A stretch of DNA of 64,000 nt. Origin: Candidatus Parcubacteria bacterium (GTDB lineage Bacteria > Patescibacteriota > Minisyncoccia > Phycocordibacterales > Zambryskibacteraceae). A program made the position numbers and the translations under genes. The stretch spans positions 29,262 through 93,261 of the forward strand of contig JAIFWN010000002.1 in assembly GCA_019658995.1 (NCBI GenBank), read 5' to 3'. The notes under the pieces are model-generated. The model saw only the letters and a list, made by a program, of their open reading frames with translations, was not told the origin of the DNA and did no database searches. Shown in pieces: positions 46,701 to 56,828 of the stretch; positions within the stretch are counted from its first letter, which is position 1; every line of letters begins with the position of its first letter.

Positions 46701-47567
46701 ATGTCTAAGCTAGAAACCAGCTCCTACAAGGGTGTACGTGATTTCTACCCGGAGGATATGGCTGTCCAGAACTATATATTTGGCATCTGGCGGAAGGTGG
46801 CCGAAGACTTCGGCTATGTCGAATATAGCGCCTCCATCCTTGAGCCGGCCGAACTTTACAAAAGCAAGACCAGTGAGGAAATAGTAACCGAGCAGACATT
46901 CTCATTCGTCGACCGTGGCGGACGAGAGGTAGTGCTCCGTCCCGAAATGACCCCAACGCTGGCTCGTATGGTTGCCGCCCGCCGCCGTACGCTCAAATTC
47001 CCTCTCAGGTGGTACTCGATACCAAATGTCTTCCGCTATGAGCGGCCCCAGCGCGGACGCCGGCGCGAACACTGGCAGCTTAATTGCGATCTCATGGGCA
47101 TCGGCGGAGTGGAGGCAGAAGTCGAGATAATCACCCTTGCATACAAAATTATGAAGGAGTTCGGGGCTAAGGACGAGGACTTCTCAATACGAATAAGCAG
47201 CAGAAAGGCCCTTCCGGCAGGTACAGATATGGAACAAGTTAGAAAGATTGACCGCGGGGAGGATATCGGAGTAGAAATTACAGAGACTGAGGAAATCCGT
47301 AATCTCCTTACAGAGCTCGGGAAAACAGGAATTAAAAATGTGGTCTTTGATCCGAAAATTGTGCGCGGTTTTGACTACTACACCGGAATAGTATTCGAGG
47401 TATTCGACACGCATGAGGACAACCGGCGATCTCTCTTCGGCGGAGGCAGATATGACAATCTTCTGGAAGTTTTTGGAGTTGACCCCATACCAACGGTCGG
47501 CTTCGGCATGGGTGATATTACGATTCGCGATTTCCTGGAAACACACAAGTTACCTACACATAAGTAA
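46701..47567 (+). CDS. hisS: histidine--tRNA ligase, catalytic core only (no C-terminal anticodon-binding domain)
   Basis: The protein has motif 1/2/3 elements: GVRDFYPEDM, LRPEMTPTLAR, FRYERPQRGRRREHWQ, GGGRYDNL and GFGMG. It ends at 288 aa and the next gene starts 4 nt later. Confidence 0.8.
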   Translation: MSKLETSSYKGVRDFYPEDMAVQNYIFGIWRKVAEDFGYVEYSASILEPAELYKSKTSEEIVTEQTFSFVDRGGREVVLRPEMTPTLARMVAARRRTLKFPLRWYSIPNVFRYERPQRGRRREHWQLNCDLMGIGGVEAEVEIITLAYKIMKEFGAKDEDFSIRISSRKALPAGTDMEQVRKIDRGEDIGVEITETEEIRNLLTELGKTGIKNVVFDPKIVRGFDYYTGIVFEVFDTHEDNRRSLFGGGRYDNLLEVFGVDPIPTVGFGMGDITIRDFLETHKLPTHK

Positions 47568-47570
47568 ATA

Positions 47571-48146
47571 ATGCGCAAAATCGTATTTGACATTGAGACG
47601 AGTAATTCGCCGTCTGACGTTGGCAAATGGGATCCTACGCTACTTGATATTGCTATTGTAGCTATACACGATTCCGAAACGGATCAGTACACAACCTACA
47701 CTGTCGAGGAACTCGGTAAACTCTGGCCGGTCATCGAGCATGCGGACATGCTCATAGGTTTCGCCTCAGACCGTTTTGATGTCCCACTTTTGAATAAATA
47801 CTATCCCGGTGACCTTTTCAAAATAAGATCCCTGGATATCCTGACCGAAATCAAGAAGACTTATGGCCGACGCATGAAGCTCGACCAGCTGGCCGCTGGG
47901 ACGCTTGGGAAAAGAAAAAGCGGCCATGGCCTCGACGCCATACAGTGGTGGCGCAGTGGCGAGGTAGAGAAGGTTCGGGCTTACTGCATCGATGATGTGA
48001 AGCTCACCAAGGAGCTCTATGATTACGCTCGTGCCAATAGCAAACTGATTTTCAAGGAGGCGGGCAAGCTTCATGAGATAAAATTGGATACTGCCCTATG
48101 GGAAGCTCCAAGCGAGCATAAAATTACATATACTCTGCCATTCTAA
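47571..48146 (+). CDS. predicted 3'-5' exonuclease, RNase H-like fold (paralogue of the 7416..8123 gene)
   Basis: The protein has VFDIETSN, …FDVPLL… and YCIDDVKLTKELY motifs. Confidence 0.65.
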   Translation: MRKIVFDIETSNSPSDVGKWDPTLLDIAIVAIHDSETDQYTTYTVEELGKLWPVIEHADMLIGFASDRFDVPLLNKYYPGDLFKIRSLDILTEIKKTYGRRMKLDQLAAGTLGKRKSGHGLDAIQWWRSGEVEKVRAYCIDDVKLTKELYDYARANSKLIFKEAGKLHEIKLDTALWEAPSEHKITYTLPF

Positions 48147-48622
48147 TGGATACTCTTTTTATATTCGGAGCTAAATACCTATGGATTGCTTCAGTCTTAA
48201 TTGCCGTCTATGTGTTTTGGAGATCAGGGAGAAGAATATCGATGATCAAATTTGGCATTTTCCTCTTCCCTATCTCACTAATCATTGCCAAAGTGGCTAA
48301 CCACATCATAAACAATCCCCGTCCGTTCGTTGTTGAAAATTTCACACCGCTAATCTCTCACGCGGCCGATAACGGCTTCCCATCTGACCACGTGCTCCTG
48401 GTCTCTGCTCTGGCGGCAGTTGTTACCCCTTTCAGCCGGAAGTGGTCTCTGGTTCTGTGGTTCATAACCATTTTTGTGGCAATATCAAGGGTAGAAACAG
48501 GCGTTCACCATGCAGCCGACGTCATCGGGAGCATCATCATTTCAATACTCGTCGCCGGGATGATATACTTCTTTAGTAAAAATAAATCCAATGCCGCCGA
48601 CAGCAACCCAGAATACAAATAG
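48146..48622 (+). CDS. PAP2 family phosphatase (undecaprenyl-diphosphatase/BcrC-like)
   Basis: The protein has KxxxxxxRP-like, PSDH and SRVETGVHHAADV motifs in a multi-TM protein. Confidence 0.8.
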   Translation: MDTLFIFGAKYLWIASVLIAVYVFWRSGRRISMIKFGIFLFPISLIIAKVANHIINNPRPFVVENFTPLISHAADNGFPSDHVLLVSALAAVVTPFSRKWSLVLWFITIFVAISRVETGVHHAADVIGSIIISILVAGMIYFFSKNKSNAADSNPEYK

Positions 48623-49292
48623 GAATGCCGTAAGCATCCCTCTGGCCATCATCGCAGCCGGAGCCATGATAGCGGCGGCTGTATATTTCGGCGGAGGCAA
48701 AGCGATTATCGGCGGCAACCCGCTTCCGAATGATGCCTCTCAGGTAAAGATCGAACCGGTAAGTAACGCCGACCACTTGTTTGGAAGCAGAAATGCCGAA
48801 GTAGTGATAATCGAGTATTCGGATCTTGAGTGCCCGTTCTGCAAAGCTTTCCACAGCACCATGCACCAGATCGTGGATATGTATCAGGGCAGGGTCGCCT
48901 GGGTTTATCGCCACTTCCCAATTGCCGAACTCCATTCCAGAGCACATAAGGAAGCGGAAGCTTCCGAGTGCGCGTTTGACCAGGGAGGCAATGACACTTT
49001 TTGGAAATATATAGACAAGGTGTTCGCCATTACAGGCACCAACAACACCCTTGATCCGGCAGAACTGCCGAAGATTGCCCAGAGCCTTGGACTCGATGTA
49101 GCTAAGTTCAATGAGTGTCTCTCGAGTGGCAAGTATGCAGAAGCTATAAATAAATCCGTTGAGGCTTCTATCGCAGCCGGGGCGCTAGGAACCCCTTACT
49201 CCATAATCGTCAAAGGCGATAGGAAGATCGAGATCAACGGAGCCGAGCCATTTGAAAGTATTAAAGCTAAAATCGATTCACTTCTTAAGTGA
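48591..49292 (+). CDS. DsbA-like thiol:disulfide oxidoreductase (thioredoxin fold, CPFC active site)
   Basis: The protein has an N-terminal TM anchor, an YSDLECPFCKAFH motif and a C-terminal cis-Pro region. Confidence 0.75.
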   Translation: MPPTATQNTNRNAVSIPLAIIAAGAMIAAAVYFGGGKAIIGGNPLPNDASQVKIEPVSNADHLFGSRNAEVVIIEYSDLECPFCKAFHSTMHQIVDMYQGRVAWVYRHFPIAELHSRAHKEAEASECAFDQGGNDTFWKYIDKVFAITGTNNTLDPAELPKIAQSLGLDVAKFNECLSSGKYAEAINKSVEASIAAGALGTPYSIIVKGDRKIEINGAEPFESIKAKIDSLLK

Positions 49293-49301
49293 GCACGTCC
49301 C

Positions 49302-50117
49302 CTATTCGATAAGTCCCCAGCGATAGATTTCCAAAGAATTTTTGCCTTCGAACATATCAGAGGGGTTCGGCAGAAATATTTTTCTGGTCCGGATTTCTTT
49401 GGTAGCGTCGGAGAGCAATCGGTGGAAGAGTAAGAACTCCTGCTCATGTTCGCGAAAATCGATGACATGCTTTCGGAGTTGAGGTTTACCGTCTTTGTTC
49501 TTTGTCTTCTTGCATTCATAGACGATGAACTTACCGACCGGTCGGCCAAATTCGGAGAGTACTGTGTAGTAATTGAAGAGGGCCTGGATCATGAAAAGCG
49601 GATTATCGAGACCGAGCGATCCGAACGAACCCATGAATTTGTGATCGACTATATCTACAGCTCCTGGCTCAGTACGGGACTCCACCACCAAGTCAGATAT
49701 TGCCTTGACCGGAATATCGATGCCTGGGATGCGAGCGATAACCTTCACTTCTACGCCTAAGACCTTGTGACGCGGCGGTTTCGCCAGATAAAAGGATACT
49801 GCCTGGCGATACTCTGCCTCCATATGAGCACGTTTTTTCTTCTTTTCAGCGAGTGATTCGGCTTTCCCAAAGTTGATCTCGAAGTCCGGCACCTCCCTGA
49901 GATACAGAAGGCCTTGTTCAATAGCAAACTCCTGGGTACCGCCCTTGTAATAATGCTCAAGAGCCGTGTGCGCAGCCCGCCCTATGACCGAAGCTGGTGT
50001 GGCTGGTGTATCGAAAACACCTTCTACATACCTCTTATGCCACGCCAGGGGGTTACGGAGGTAGGTAACAAGGGAGGAGTAGCTCCAATGCTTGATTGGG
50101 TATTTATTCCTCTTCAT
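49302..50117 (-). CDS. PD-(D/E)xK nuclease superfamily protein (RecB/Cas4-like nuclease domain, no Fe-S cysteines)
   Basis: The N-terminal WSYSSLVTYLRNPLAWHKRYV, …ISDLVVE… and DIVDHKF resemble motifs I-III of RecB-family nucleases. Confidence 0.5.
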   Translation of the reverse strand: MKRNKYPIKHWSYSSLVTYLRNPLAWHKRYVEGVFDTPATPASVIGRAAHTALEHYYKGGTQEFAIEQGLLYLREVPDFEINFGKAESLAEKKKKRAHMEAEYRQAVSFYLAKPPRHKVLGVEVKVIARIPGIDIPVKAISDLVVESRTEPGAVDIVDHKFMGSFGSLGLDNPLFMIQALFNYYTVLSEFGRPVGKFIVYECKKTKNKDGKPQLRKHVIDFREHEQEFLLFHRLLSDATKEIRTRKIFLPNPSDMFEGKNSLEIYRWGLIE

Positions 50118-50183
50118 AGCCCTATTTTAGCATTTGTCGAAAAAATCCGAGTCTTTCGTCTATAGAAGAAGACTATTGAGGAG

Positions 50184-50690
50184 ATGACTATGAGGCCTGC
50201 AATGATAATCGGCTGGATCTTCCTCGTTCTTTCGTTTGTGGTAGCTTGTATGCTCGCGTCGGACATGTATTACGGAGTTGAGCTCGCTGCTCGCGAACAT
50301 GCCAAGATCATGGCATTTCTTGCCACTGCGGCCATGCCATGGTTCCTCTTCGATATCTGTCTGAAACTGCGGGAGATCCAGCAGGAACAGCTCGCGCTCG
50401 CGCGAGCTGTTTTAATACCCTCTCAGTCTGTTTATCTTATCGTGCTGACGGATCTTCTCGTGAGCTTTGGCCTCAATTTGGCGGATGCGCTCGCGGGTAA
50501 CGCCGAAAACTCTGCCGACTTCCTCAAGAGTATGAGTATAGCCGTCGGTCAGGCCGTGGCGCATTTCCAGGATCTTTCTTTCTTTCGGCGGCAGATCGTT
50601 CAGTATTTCCTTGACCTGGTCCGAGATGATACGTCGCGAGCTCTCCTCAGCCGGGGAAAGTATTTTGTCATCGGCCAGAAAGTCCCCTAG
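50184..50690 (+). CDS. doubtful ORF; only the first ~76 codons are free of antisense overlap with rpoD
   Basis: The N-terminus is hydrophobic (one TM). The remaining 280 nt are antisense to the conserved rpoD region 4. Confidence 0.2.
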   Translation: MTMRPAMIIGWIFLVLSFVVACMLASDMYYGVELAAREHAKIMAFLATAAMPWFLFDICLKLREIQQEQLALARAVLIPSQSVYLIVLTDLLVSFGLNLADALAGNAENSADFLKSMSIAVGQAVAHFQDLSFFRRQIVQYFLDLVRDDTSRALLSRGKYFVIGQKVP

Positions 50691-51617
50691 CTTGGATTTG
50701 CCGTCATCGCCTTCCTCTCCGACAGGGCTCTCAAGGGATACCGTAGACTGGTCAATCTTTTCTATCTGATAAATTTTTTCGACATCCAAATTCATTTCCA
50801 TGGCAATTTCCTCCGGCAGCGGTTCACGTCCGAGATCTTGCGTCAGTCTCCGGACGACTTGCTTGTATTTCGCGATAGTTTCGACCATGTGCACCGGTAC
50901 GCGGATGGTGCGGCTCTGGTCGGCAAGCGCACGGGTAATGGCCTGCCTGATCCACCAGGTAGCATAAGTGGAAAATTTATAACCCTTGGTCCAGTCGAAC
51001 TTTTCCACTGCCTTGTAGAGACCCAGATTCCCTTCTTGTATGAGGTCGAGGAGAGTAAGATCGGGAGAGCGGTTGGCGTATTTTTTGGCTATGGAGACCA
51101 CCAGACGCAGGTTGGCCTGCGCCAAGAGATTCCTTGCTTCCACATCCCCGGCTTCGATGCGCTTGGCAAGCTCCTTCTCCATATTACCGGATATGAGCGG
51201 ATAACGGCCTATTTCCTTAAGATACATCTGAATAGAGTCGTATGCAGAGTCAGATTTTGAGTAATACTTCTTATCGTCATCGGTGTTGTGAATCTCGAGA
51301 AGCCCCCCTCCTTCCAATACATCCACACCGGCACTGTGGAGCTTCTCATACAGCTCGTCCAGGAAAATAATATTTGTCTCGACATTCGGGAATTCCTTGA
51401 GTATCTCATCATAGGTAATGAAGCCGCGCTCCTTGCCGCGGACTATGAGCCGGTTGACCCTGGTCTCTGCCTCCTGAGCCTTCTTGGAAAGAGCTCTCGG
51501 TTTGACGGGTTTCGCCGCTTTCTTTTTTATAACCTTTTTGGCATGGCCCTTTTTGACCCGCGATTTTACGCCGGTCTTCTTTGCCTTTTGTTTCTTTTTT
51601 TGTTTCTTTTTGGGCAT
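50412..51617 (-). CDS. rpoD: RNA polymerase sigma factor RpoD (sigma-70) with a lysine-rich N-terminus
   Basis: Regions 2-4 are conserved (…[18 protein letters not shown]…[13 protein letters not shown]…[23 protein letters not shown]…). The N-terminus is [12 protein letters not shown]. Confidence 0.9.
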   Translation of the reverse strand: MPKKKQKKKQKAKKTGVKSRVKKGHAKKVIKKKAAKPVKPRALSKKAQEAETRVNRLIVRGKERGFITYDEILKEFPNVETNIIFLDELYEKLHSAGVDVLEGGGLLEIHNTDDDKKYYSKSDSAYDSIQMYLKEIGRYPLISGNMEKELAKRIEAGDVEARNLLAQANLRLVVSIAKKYANRSPDLTLLDLIQEGNLGLYKAVEKFDWTKGYKFSTYATWWIRQAITRALADQSRTIRVPVHMVETIAKYKQVVRRLTQDLGREPLPEEIAMEMNLDVEKIYQIEKIDQSTVSLESPVGEEGDDGKSKLGDFLADDKILSPAEESSRRIISDQVKEILNDLPPKERKILEMRHGLTDGYTHTLEEVGRVFGVTRERIRQIEAKAHEKIRQHDKINRLRGY

Positions 51618-51642
51618 TAACTTTTTATTTTACAACACTTTT

Positions 51643-53223
51643 TTATATTCGGCGCTTCCCCTCATCCAGCTTCCTGGATAAGACTTCGAATTCCCTGAGA
51701 ATCTCATCGCCTCCCTCACCGCGGAAGAGCTTCGTCTGAAGCATTTTCCTCTCTCCCTCGAGATCGATTTCCGTGAGTCTGCTCCTCAGCAAAGACTCTT
51801 CCCTGAGGAGTGCCCTGCCCTCTTCAGACGCCTCTGGAAAATCTTTCTGCCATGCCAGAACTTCCTTCAATCGCTCCTCAATAAGATCCCTCAAGGGTAA
51901 GGTGACTTTGCTTTCGATATCGTTTTCATTTACCGTCGCTCGTCCGGATACCTCCGGAGCCTTGACGCGCTTGAGATCTTCAAGTATCACTTCTTCCCTT
52001 ATGCCGGTACGCTTGGCAATAAGCGAGACGAAATGCGAACGTTCTATGGCACTTTGGACCAAAGCAAGGATCGGAAGGATCTTCTTCTCTACAGCCTTGC
52101 CGATCTTACGCGAATCCTTCTCAGCCTTGAGAACTTCATCCAGAAATATTTCTATAGCGCTTTTCGACGAGCGCAGAACATCCTTCCACCTCTCAGGATC
52201 TTCTTTGGCAAGATCGGCCGGATCTTTGCCGTCCGGCAATTTCGCCACCTTTACTTCCATGCCCAGGCTAAGAGCGAGGATCGTACTTTTCTCGGCCGCT
52301 TTCACTCCCGCAGTGTCGCCATCGAAAGCCAGTATTATACGGGGAGAGAGGCGCTTCAGCCGTTCCAGGTGAGCTTCGGTGAATGCGGTACCCGAAGAAG
52401 CGACAGTATTCCTTACCCCGGCCTGGTGCGAAAGCACCAAATCGAGCTGGCCCTCGACAAGAATGGCATAATCCTTCCTTCTTATATCCTCGCGGGCTTT
52501 GTCCAAACCGTAGAGAACTTCGCTTTTGGTAAACAGCGGCGTATCGGGACTGTTTAAGTACTTCGGCTCGACATCCTTACCTAATGCGCGGCCGGAAAAG
52601 GCTATAACCTGTCCTCTCGGATCAAAAAGCGGAAAAATGATGCGTCCGCGGAAGACATCGTACGGCTCCTTGTCCTTATGATCTTCGCTCCTCTTGATCA
52701 GTCCCGCTCTTATCAGGACCTCATCGCTATGGCCGAGAGTCGACATGAACTCCCGGAGTAGTCTCCACTCTTCGGGCACGTATCCCAGGCGCCAGGTCTT
52801 TATGCTTCCTTCGTTTACGCCCCGCTCGGCGAGATACTTAAGCGCTTCGGGAGATTTTTTCAGCTCATTCTCAAAGTACAATGTGGCGTCCTCGAGAACA
52901 GAATAGAGCTTATCCTTGTCATTCTTGCCCTCGCCCCTTTCGAATGTGAGCTCCACACCGGCGCGATCGGCAAGAGTTCTGAGAGCCTGCTTGAAATCTA
53001 CCCCCTCCATCTCCTTGACGAACGTGAAAATGTCCCCCCTGGCTCCGCAGCCAAAGCAGTAGTAGCTCTGGCGCGACGGGGAGATCATGAAGCTCGCAGT
53101 CTTCTCATTGTGGAAGGGGCATTTAGCTTTGAAATTCTGCCCCGCCTTCTGAAGCTGTACGTAACTTCCTATGACCTCCTCGACACTCAGACGTTCTTTG
53201 ATTGCTTCAACATTTCCTCGCAT
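51643..53223 (-). CDS. dnaG: DNA primase
   Basis: The protein has a zinc ribbon (CPFHNEKTASF…CFGCGARGD) and a TOPRIM domain (…EGQLDLV…AFDGDTAG…). Confidence 0.9.
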   Translation of the reverse strand: MRGNVEAIKERLSVEEVIGSYVQLQKAGQNFKAKCPFHNEKTASFMISPSRQSYYCFGCGARGDIFTFVKEMEGVDFKQALRTLADRAGVELTFERGEGKNDKDKLYSVLEDATLYFENELKKSPEALKYLAERGVNEGSIKTWRLGYVPEEWRLLREFMSTLGHSDEVLIRAGLIKRSEDHKDKEPYDVFRGRIIFPLFDPRGQVIAFSGRALGKDVEPKYLNSPDTPLFTKSEVLYGLDKAREDIRRKDYAILVEGQLDLVLSHQAGVRNTVASSGTAFTEAHLERLKRLSPRIILAFDGDTAGVKAAEKSTILALSLGMEVKVAKLPDGKDPADLAKEDPERWKDVLRSSKSAIEIFLDEVLKAEKDSRKIGKAVEKKILPILALVQSAIERSHFVSLIAKRTGIREEVILEDLKRVKAPEVSGRATVNENDIESKVTLPLRDLIEERLKEVLAWQKDFPEASEEGRALLREESLLRSRLTEIDLEGERKMLQTKLFRGEGGDEILREFEVLSRKLDEGKRRI

Positions 53224-56200
53224 ATGAGTTTCTCTTTAAATCCGCCCTTGAAACCTGTACCTGCGGGAATCAGTCTGCCAATGATAACATTTTCCTTTAG
53301 TCCGAGGAGTTCGTCATCGGCGCCGCGGATAGCAGCCTGGATGAGCACCCTGGGAGTATGCTGGAAAGAGGCCGCCGAGAGGAAAGAGGCGCGGGATAGA
53401 GAAACTTCGGTGATACCCATGATGACCGGATCAGCTTTGACATCGGTACCGGTGAGCTCTGAGACCTCGACTACATCACCGCGGGTATAGGTGGTTGTAC
53501 CGGCATCCCTGACTTTTCTCCTTGCGAACATCTGTCTGATAATGAGCTCAATGTGCTTGTGGGAGACTGCGGCACCCTGGAGTTCATAGAGTTTGGAGAC
53601 CTCGTGAATGATATATTCAGATGTTGCTTCTTTGCCGGCATAGCGGAAGAGTTCATCCAGATCGGCCGAGCCGTCTGTCAGAAGTTCGCCTTTTTTGACC
53701 GTTGCGCCGACGCGAGTAAGAATACTTCTTGAAGGAGCCACTACATACTCTGTCTCCAGTTTCTTGGCCTTGGCAGTCTTAGCCTCGCTTTCATCCGGCA
53801 GGAGAACGATAATGCGATCATGACCGTCCATCTTGATCTCGCTTACGGTTCCGTTGACATGAGCGATGACGGCCGGATTTTTGGGTTTTCGTTTTTCGAA
53901 TATTTCTTCGACGCGAGGGAGGCCGGCAGTGATGTCACCTGCGGTCGAGGCCACGCCTCCGGCATGGAAGGTTCTCATGGTGAGCTGAGTTCCCGGTTCA
54001 CCGATAGCCTGGGCGGCTACCGTACCGACAGCTTCGCCAAGTTCCACGACCTTATTGCTGCCGTGATCGATGCCATAGCATCTCACACAGATGCCGTGCT
54101 CGCTCTTACAGACCATCGGACTTCTCACTGAAACGCTTTCAATATTCGATTTGTCTATCGTTTCCGCATCGTGCTTTTCTATGTAATGACCGGTTTTGAA
54201 TATCACATCACCCTTATCATTCACTACGTCCTTTGCAATGAAGCGGCCACGTACGGATTTGGATAGTGGGATCTGGATACCAGAAGCGGTTTTCCTGGTA
54301 ACGACAATTCCCTCCTTTGTACCGCAATCCTCTTCGGTAACGATTTCATCCTGGGCAACGTCGAAGAGACGGCGGGTAAGGTAACCTGCCTTGGCGGTGT
54401 TGAGTGCGGTGTCAGTAAGACCTTTGCGCGAACCGTGGGTGGTGATGAAGTACTCAAGAGGAGTAAGACCCTCCTTATAGCAGGAGGTTATCGGGAATTC
54501 CAGAGATTCTCCGGCGACATTGGTAATAATACCTTTCATGCCGGCCATCTGGTTTAGATTGCCGAAAGAGCCGCGAGCACCTGAATATGTCATGTCATAA
54601 ACGGAGTCTTTGGTGGAAAGAGTGCCGGGTATGAGTGCTTCGATTTCTGATTTTATGCTCTGCCAGATCTCGACCGACTTCTGTATCCTCTCTTTTTCGG
54701 AGAGAAGGCCGTCATTCCACTGGTCAATAACCTTCTGCACTTCTGTCCTGCCCTTCTCGATAATCTTGTCTTTTTCCGCGGGGATCTTCACATCATCTAT
54801 TCCCCAGGTCACTCCGGAAGTGGTGGCGTAGCGGAATCCGAAATCCTTGATCTTGTCGGCGATGGCCGGCAATGCCTCAATGCCGTACCGCTCAATGAGA
54901 TCGTCAACCAGATCTCCCATCTTCTTCTTGTCTATTTCATGATTGAGGAACGGATAATGGGAAGGGAGTATAGAGTTGAAGAGAAGTCTGCCGACGGAGG
55001 TCTCGAATATCTTGCCCTCGAAGTGCTTGTACTTGTCGCTCTCGGTTGCAAGAACCTTAATCTTGGCCCTGAAGCTGACAACGTCGAAGTCGTATGCGGT
55101 GATAGCCGCGTTGGGACTCGAGTAATATCTTCCCTCTCCCTTCTCGCCCGGAATGATGCGCGTCATCCAGTATGTGCCAAGAGCGATGTCGAGCATCTTG
55201 TTAGTGATCACCGGTTCGCCGTTGCCCGGCTTCAATATATTTTTGTCAGCGGCCATAATCAGACGCGCTTCGGCCTGAGATTCATCCGAGAGCGGAACGT
55301 GCACAGCCATCTGATCTCCGTCGAAGTCAGCGTTGAAGGCAGTACATACGAGCGGGTGGAGCTGAATAGCGTTGCCTTCGATAAGTATCGGCTGGAAAGC
55401 CTGAATACCGAGGCGGTGGAGAGTAGGCGCACGGTTCAAGAGCACGTACTTGTTCCTGATCACCTCCTCGAGTATTGCCCAGACCTCAGGGATAGCGTCT
55501 TCGATCAAGCGGCGCGCACCCGGGATGTTGTACGCGAGCTCGCGCTTTAAGAGTTCTGAAATGATAAACGGCTTGAAGAGCTCGAGCGCCATGTGTTTGG
55601 GTAGGCCGCACTGATGGAGCTTCAGTTCGGGACCGACGACAATGACTGATCGGCCGGAATAATCCACGCGCTTACCCAGGAGGTTTTGACGGAAGAGGCC
55701 CCGCTTGCCCTTAAGATTATCCGAGAGCGATTTGAGCGGGCGGCGCTGTGCCTGTGAACCCCCGGATGAACCGTGACGGATAGTATTGTCTATGAGAGCA
55801 TCCACAGCCTCCTGAAGAATTCTCTTCTCGTTTCTCAAAATGACATCGGGGGCATTGATCTCCTTCAGTTTTTTCAGGCGGTTGTTGCGGTTGATGACAC
55901 GGCGGTAGAGGTCGTTGACGTCTGAAGTAGCGTATCGTCCGCCGTCAAGGGGCACCATCGGGCGTATAGCTGGAGGTATAACCGGGATCCTGGTGAGGAA
56001 CATCCACTCCGGCCTGACGCCTGCGGTAATCATCCACTGCACTGTAGATGCACGCTTATGGAGTCTCAGGAGTTCCGTAGCCGGAGCCTTGGTAATCTCC
56101 TCTTCGAGCTCCGAGTGCAGCTTCTTCAGATCAATCGACTTCAAAATGTTGAAGATTGCCTCCGCCCCGATACCGGCTTCAAATATAGTTGAGTACTTCA

Positions 56201-56822
56201 TGCCGAAGCGGTGGTACTCGACTTCGTCGAGTACGCGTCCAGGCACGAGCGACTCGATGTCATGCCTGGTTTGAGTAGCCAGCTCTTTCAGAGCTTCTTT
56301 GGCCTTGTCGTCATGAAGACTCTTAACTTTGGATTTGAACTCGCTTTCAAGATCCCTCATCACACGGGACTTCTCACTCTCGCTTACTGATGTGACTATG
56401 TAGCCGGCAAAATATATAACCTTTTCAAGGTCGGCTACCGGTATACCCATGACAAGAGAGATGCGCGAAGGCACGTTCTTCAGGAACCATATATGGGCAA
56501 CCGGGGAAGCGAGCTCGATGTGGCCCATTCTCTCGCGCCGTACGATGGAACGGGTAATCTCCACGCCGCACTTCTCGCAGATAATACCCTTGTACCGGAT
56601 ACCGCGATATTTGCCGCAATAACATTCGAAGTCCCTGTCGGGGCCGAATATCTTCTCGTCGAAGAGGCCGTTACGCTCAGATCTCTGTGTGCGGTAGTTG
56701 ATGGTTTCAGGCTTGGTAACTTCGCCGTATGACCACTCCTTGATGCGCTCAGGACTGGCAAGCTTGATGCCTATGAGGTCGAAGTCCTTGGTGTCGATTG
56801 TTTTTCTGTTGGTGTAGTTCAT
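53187..56822 (-). CDS. rpoC: DNA-directed RNA polymerase subunit beta'
   Basis: The 1211-aa ORF has an N-terminal zinc motif (CYCGKYRG…CEKCGVE) and the NADFDGDQM catalytic motif. Confidence 0.95.
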   Translation of the reverse strand: MNYTNRKTIDTKDFDLIGIKLASPERIKEWSYGEVTKPETINYRTQRSERNGLFDEKIFGPDRDFECYCGKYRGIRYKGIICEKCGVEITRSIVRRERMGHIELASPVAHIWFLKNVPSRISLVMGIPVADLEKVIYFAGYIVTSVSESEKSRVMRDLESEFKSKVKSLHDDKAKEALKELATQTRHDIESLVPGRVLDEVEYHRFGMKYSTIFEAGIGAEAIFNILKSIDLKKLHSELEEEITKAPATELLRLHKRASTVQWMITAGVRPEWMFLTRIPVIPPAIRPMVPLDGGRYATSDVNDLYRRVINRNNRLKKLKEINAPDVILRNEKRILQEAVDALIDNTIRHGSSGGSQAQRRPLKSLSDNLKGKRGLFRQNLLGKRVDYSGRSVIVVGPELKLHQCGLPKHMALELFKPFIISELLKRELAYNIPGARRLIEDAIPEVWAILEEVIRNKYVLLNRAPTLHRLGIQAFQPILIEGNAIQLHPLVCTAFNADFDGDQMAVHVPLSDESQAEARLIMAADKNILKPGNGEPVITNKMLDIALGTYWMTRIIPGEKGEGRYYSSPNAAITAYDFDVVSFRAKIKVLATESDKYKHFEGKIFETSVGRLLFNSILPSHYPFLNHEIDKKKMGDLVDDLIERYGIEALPAIADKIKDFGFRYATTSGVTWGIDDVKIPAEKDKIIEKGRTEVQKVIDQWNDGLLSEKERIQKSVEIWQSIKSEIEALIPGTLSTKDSVYDMTYSGARGSFGNLNQMAGMKGIITNVAGESLEFPITSCYKEGLTPLEYFITTHGSRKGLTDTALNTAKAGYLTRRLFDVAQDEIVTEEDCGTKEGIVVTRKTASGIQIPLSKSVRGRFIAKDVVNDKGDVIFKTGHYIEKHDAETIDKSNIESVSVRSPMVCKSEHGICVRCYGIDHGSNKVVELGEAVGTVAAQAIGEPGTQLTMRTFHAGGVASTAGDITAGLPRVEEIFEKRKPKNPAVIAHVNGTVSEIKMDGHDRIIVLLPDESEAKTAKAKKLETEYVVAPSRSILTRVGATVKKGELLTDGSADLDELFRYAGKEATSEYIIHEVSKLYELQGAAVSHKHIELIIRQMFARRKVRDAGTTTYTRGDVVEVSELTGTDVKADPVIMGITEVSLSRASFLSAASFQHTPRVLIQAAIRGADDELLGLKENVIIGRLIPAGTGFKGGFKEKLICEEMLKQSKNV

Positions 56823-56828
56823 GAGGGT

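Noticed and set aside
46701-47567. HisZ (ATP-PRT regulatory subunit) instead of HisRS.
   Set aside because: Catalytic motif 2/3 residues needed for adenylate formation are intact. CPR-like genomes generally lack histidine biosynthesis. The truncated HisRS interpretation is preferred.
50184-50690. A 168-aa plus-strand ORF overlapping the rpoD 3' end.
   Set aside because: Of its 507 nt, 280 nt are antisense to conserved rpoD region 4. Only the first ~76 codons are free. It is kept only as a low-confidence feature.
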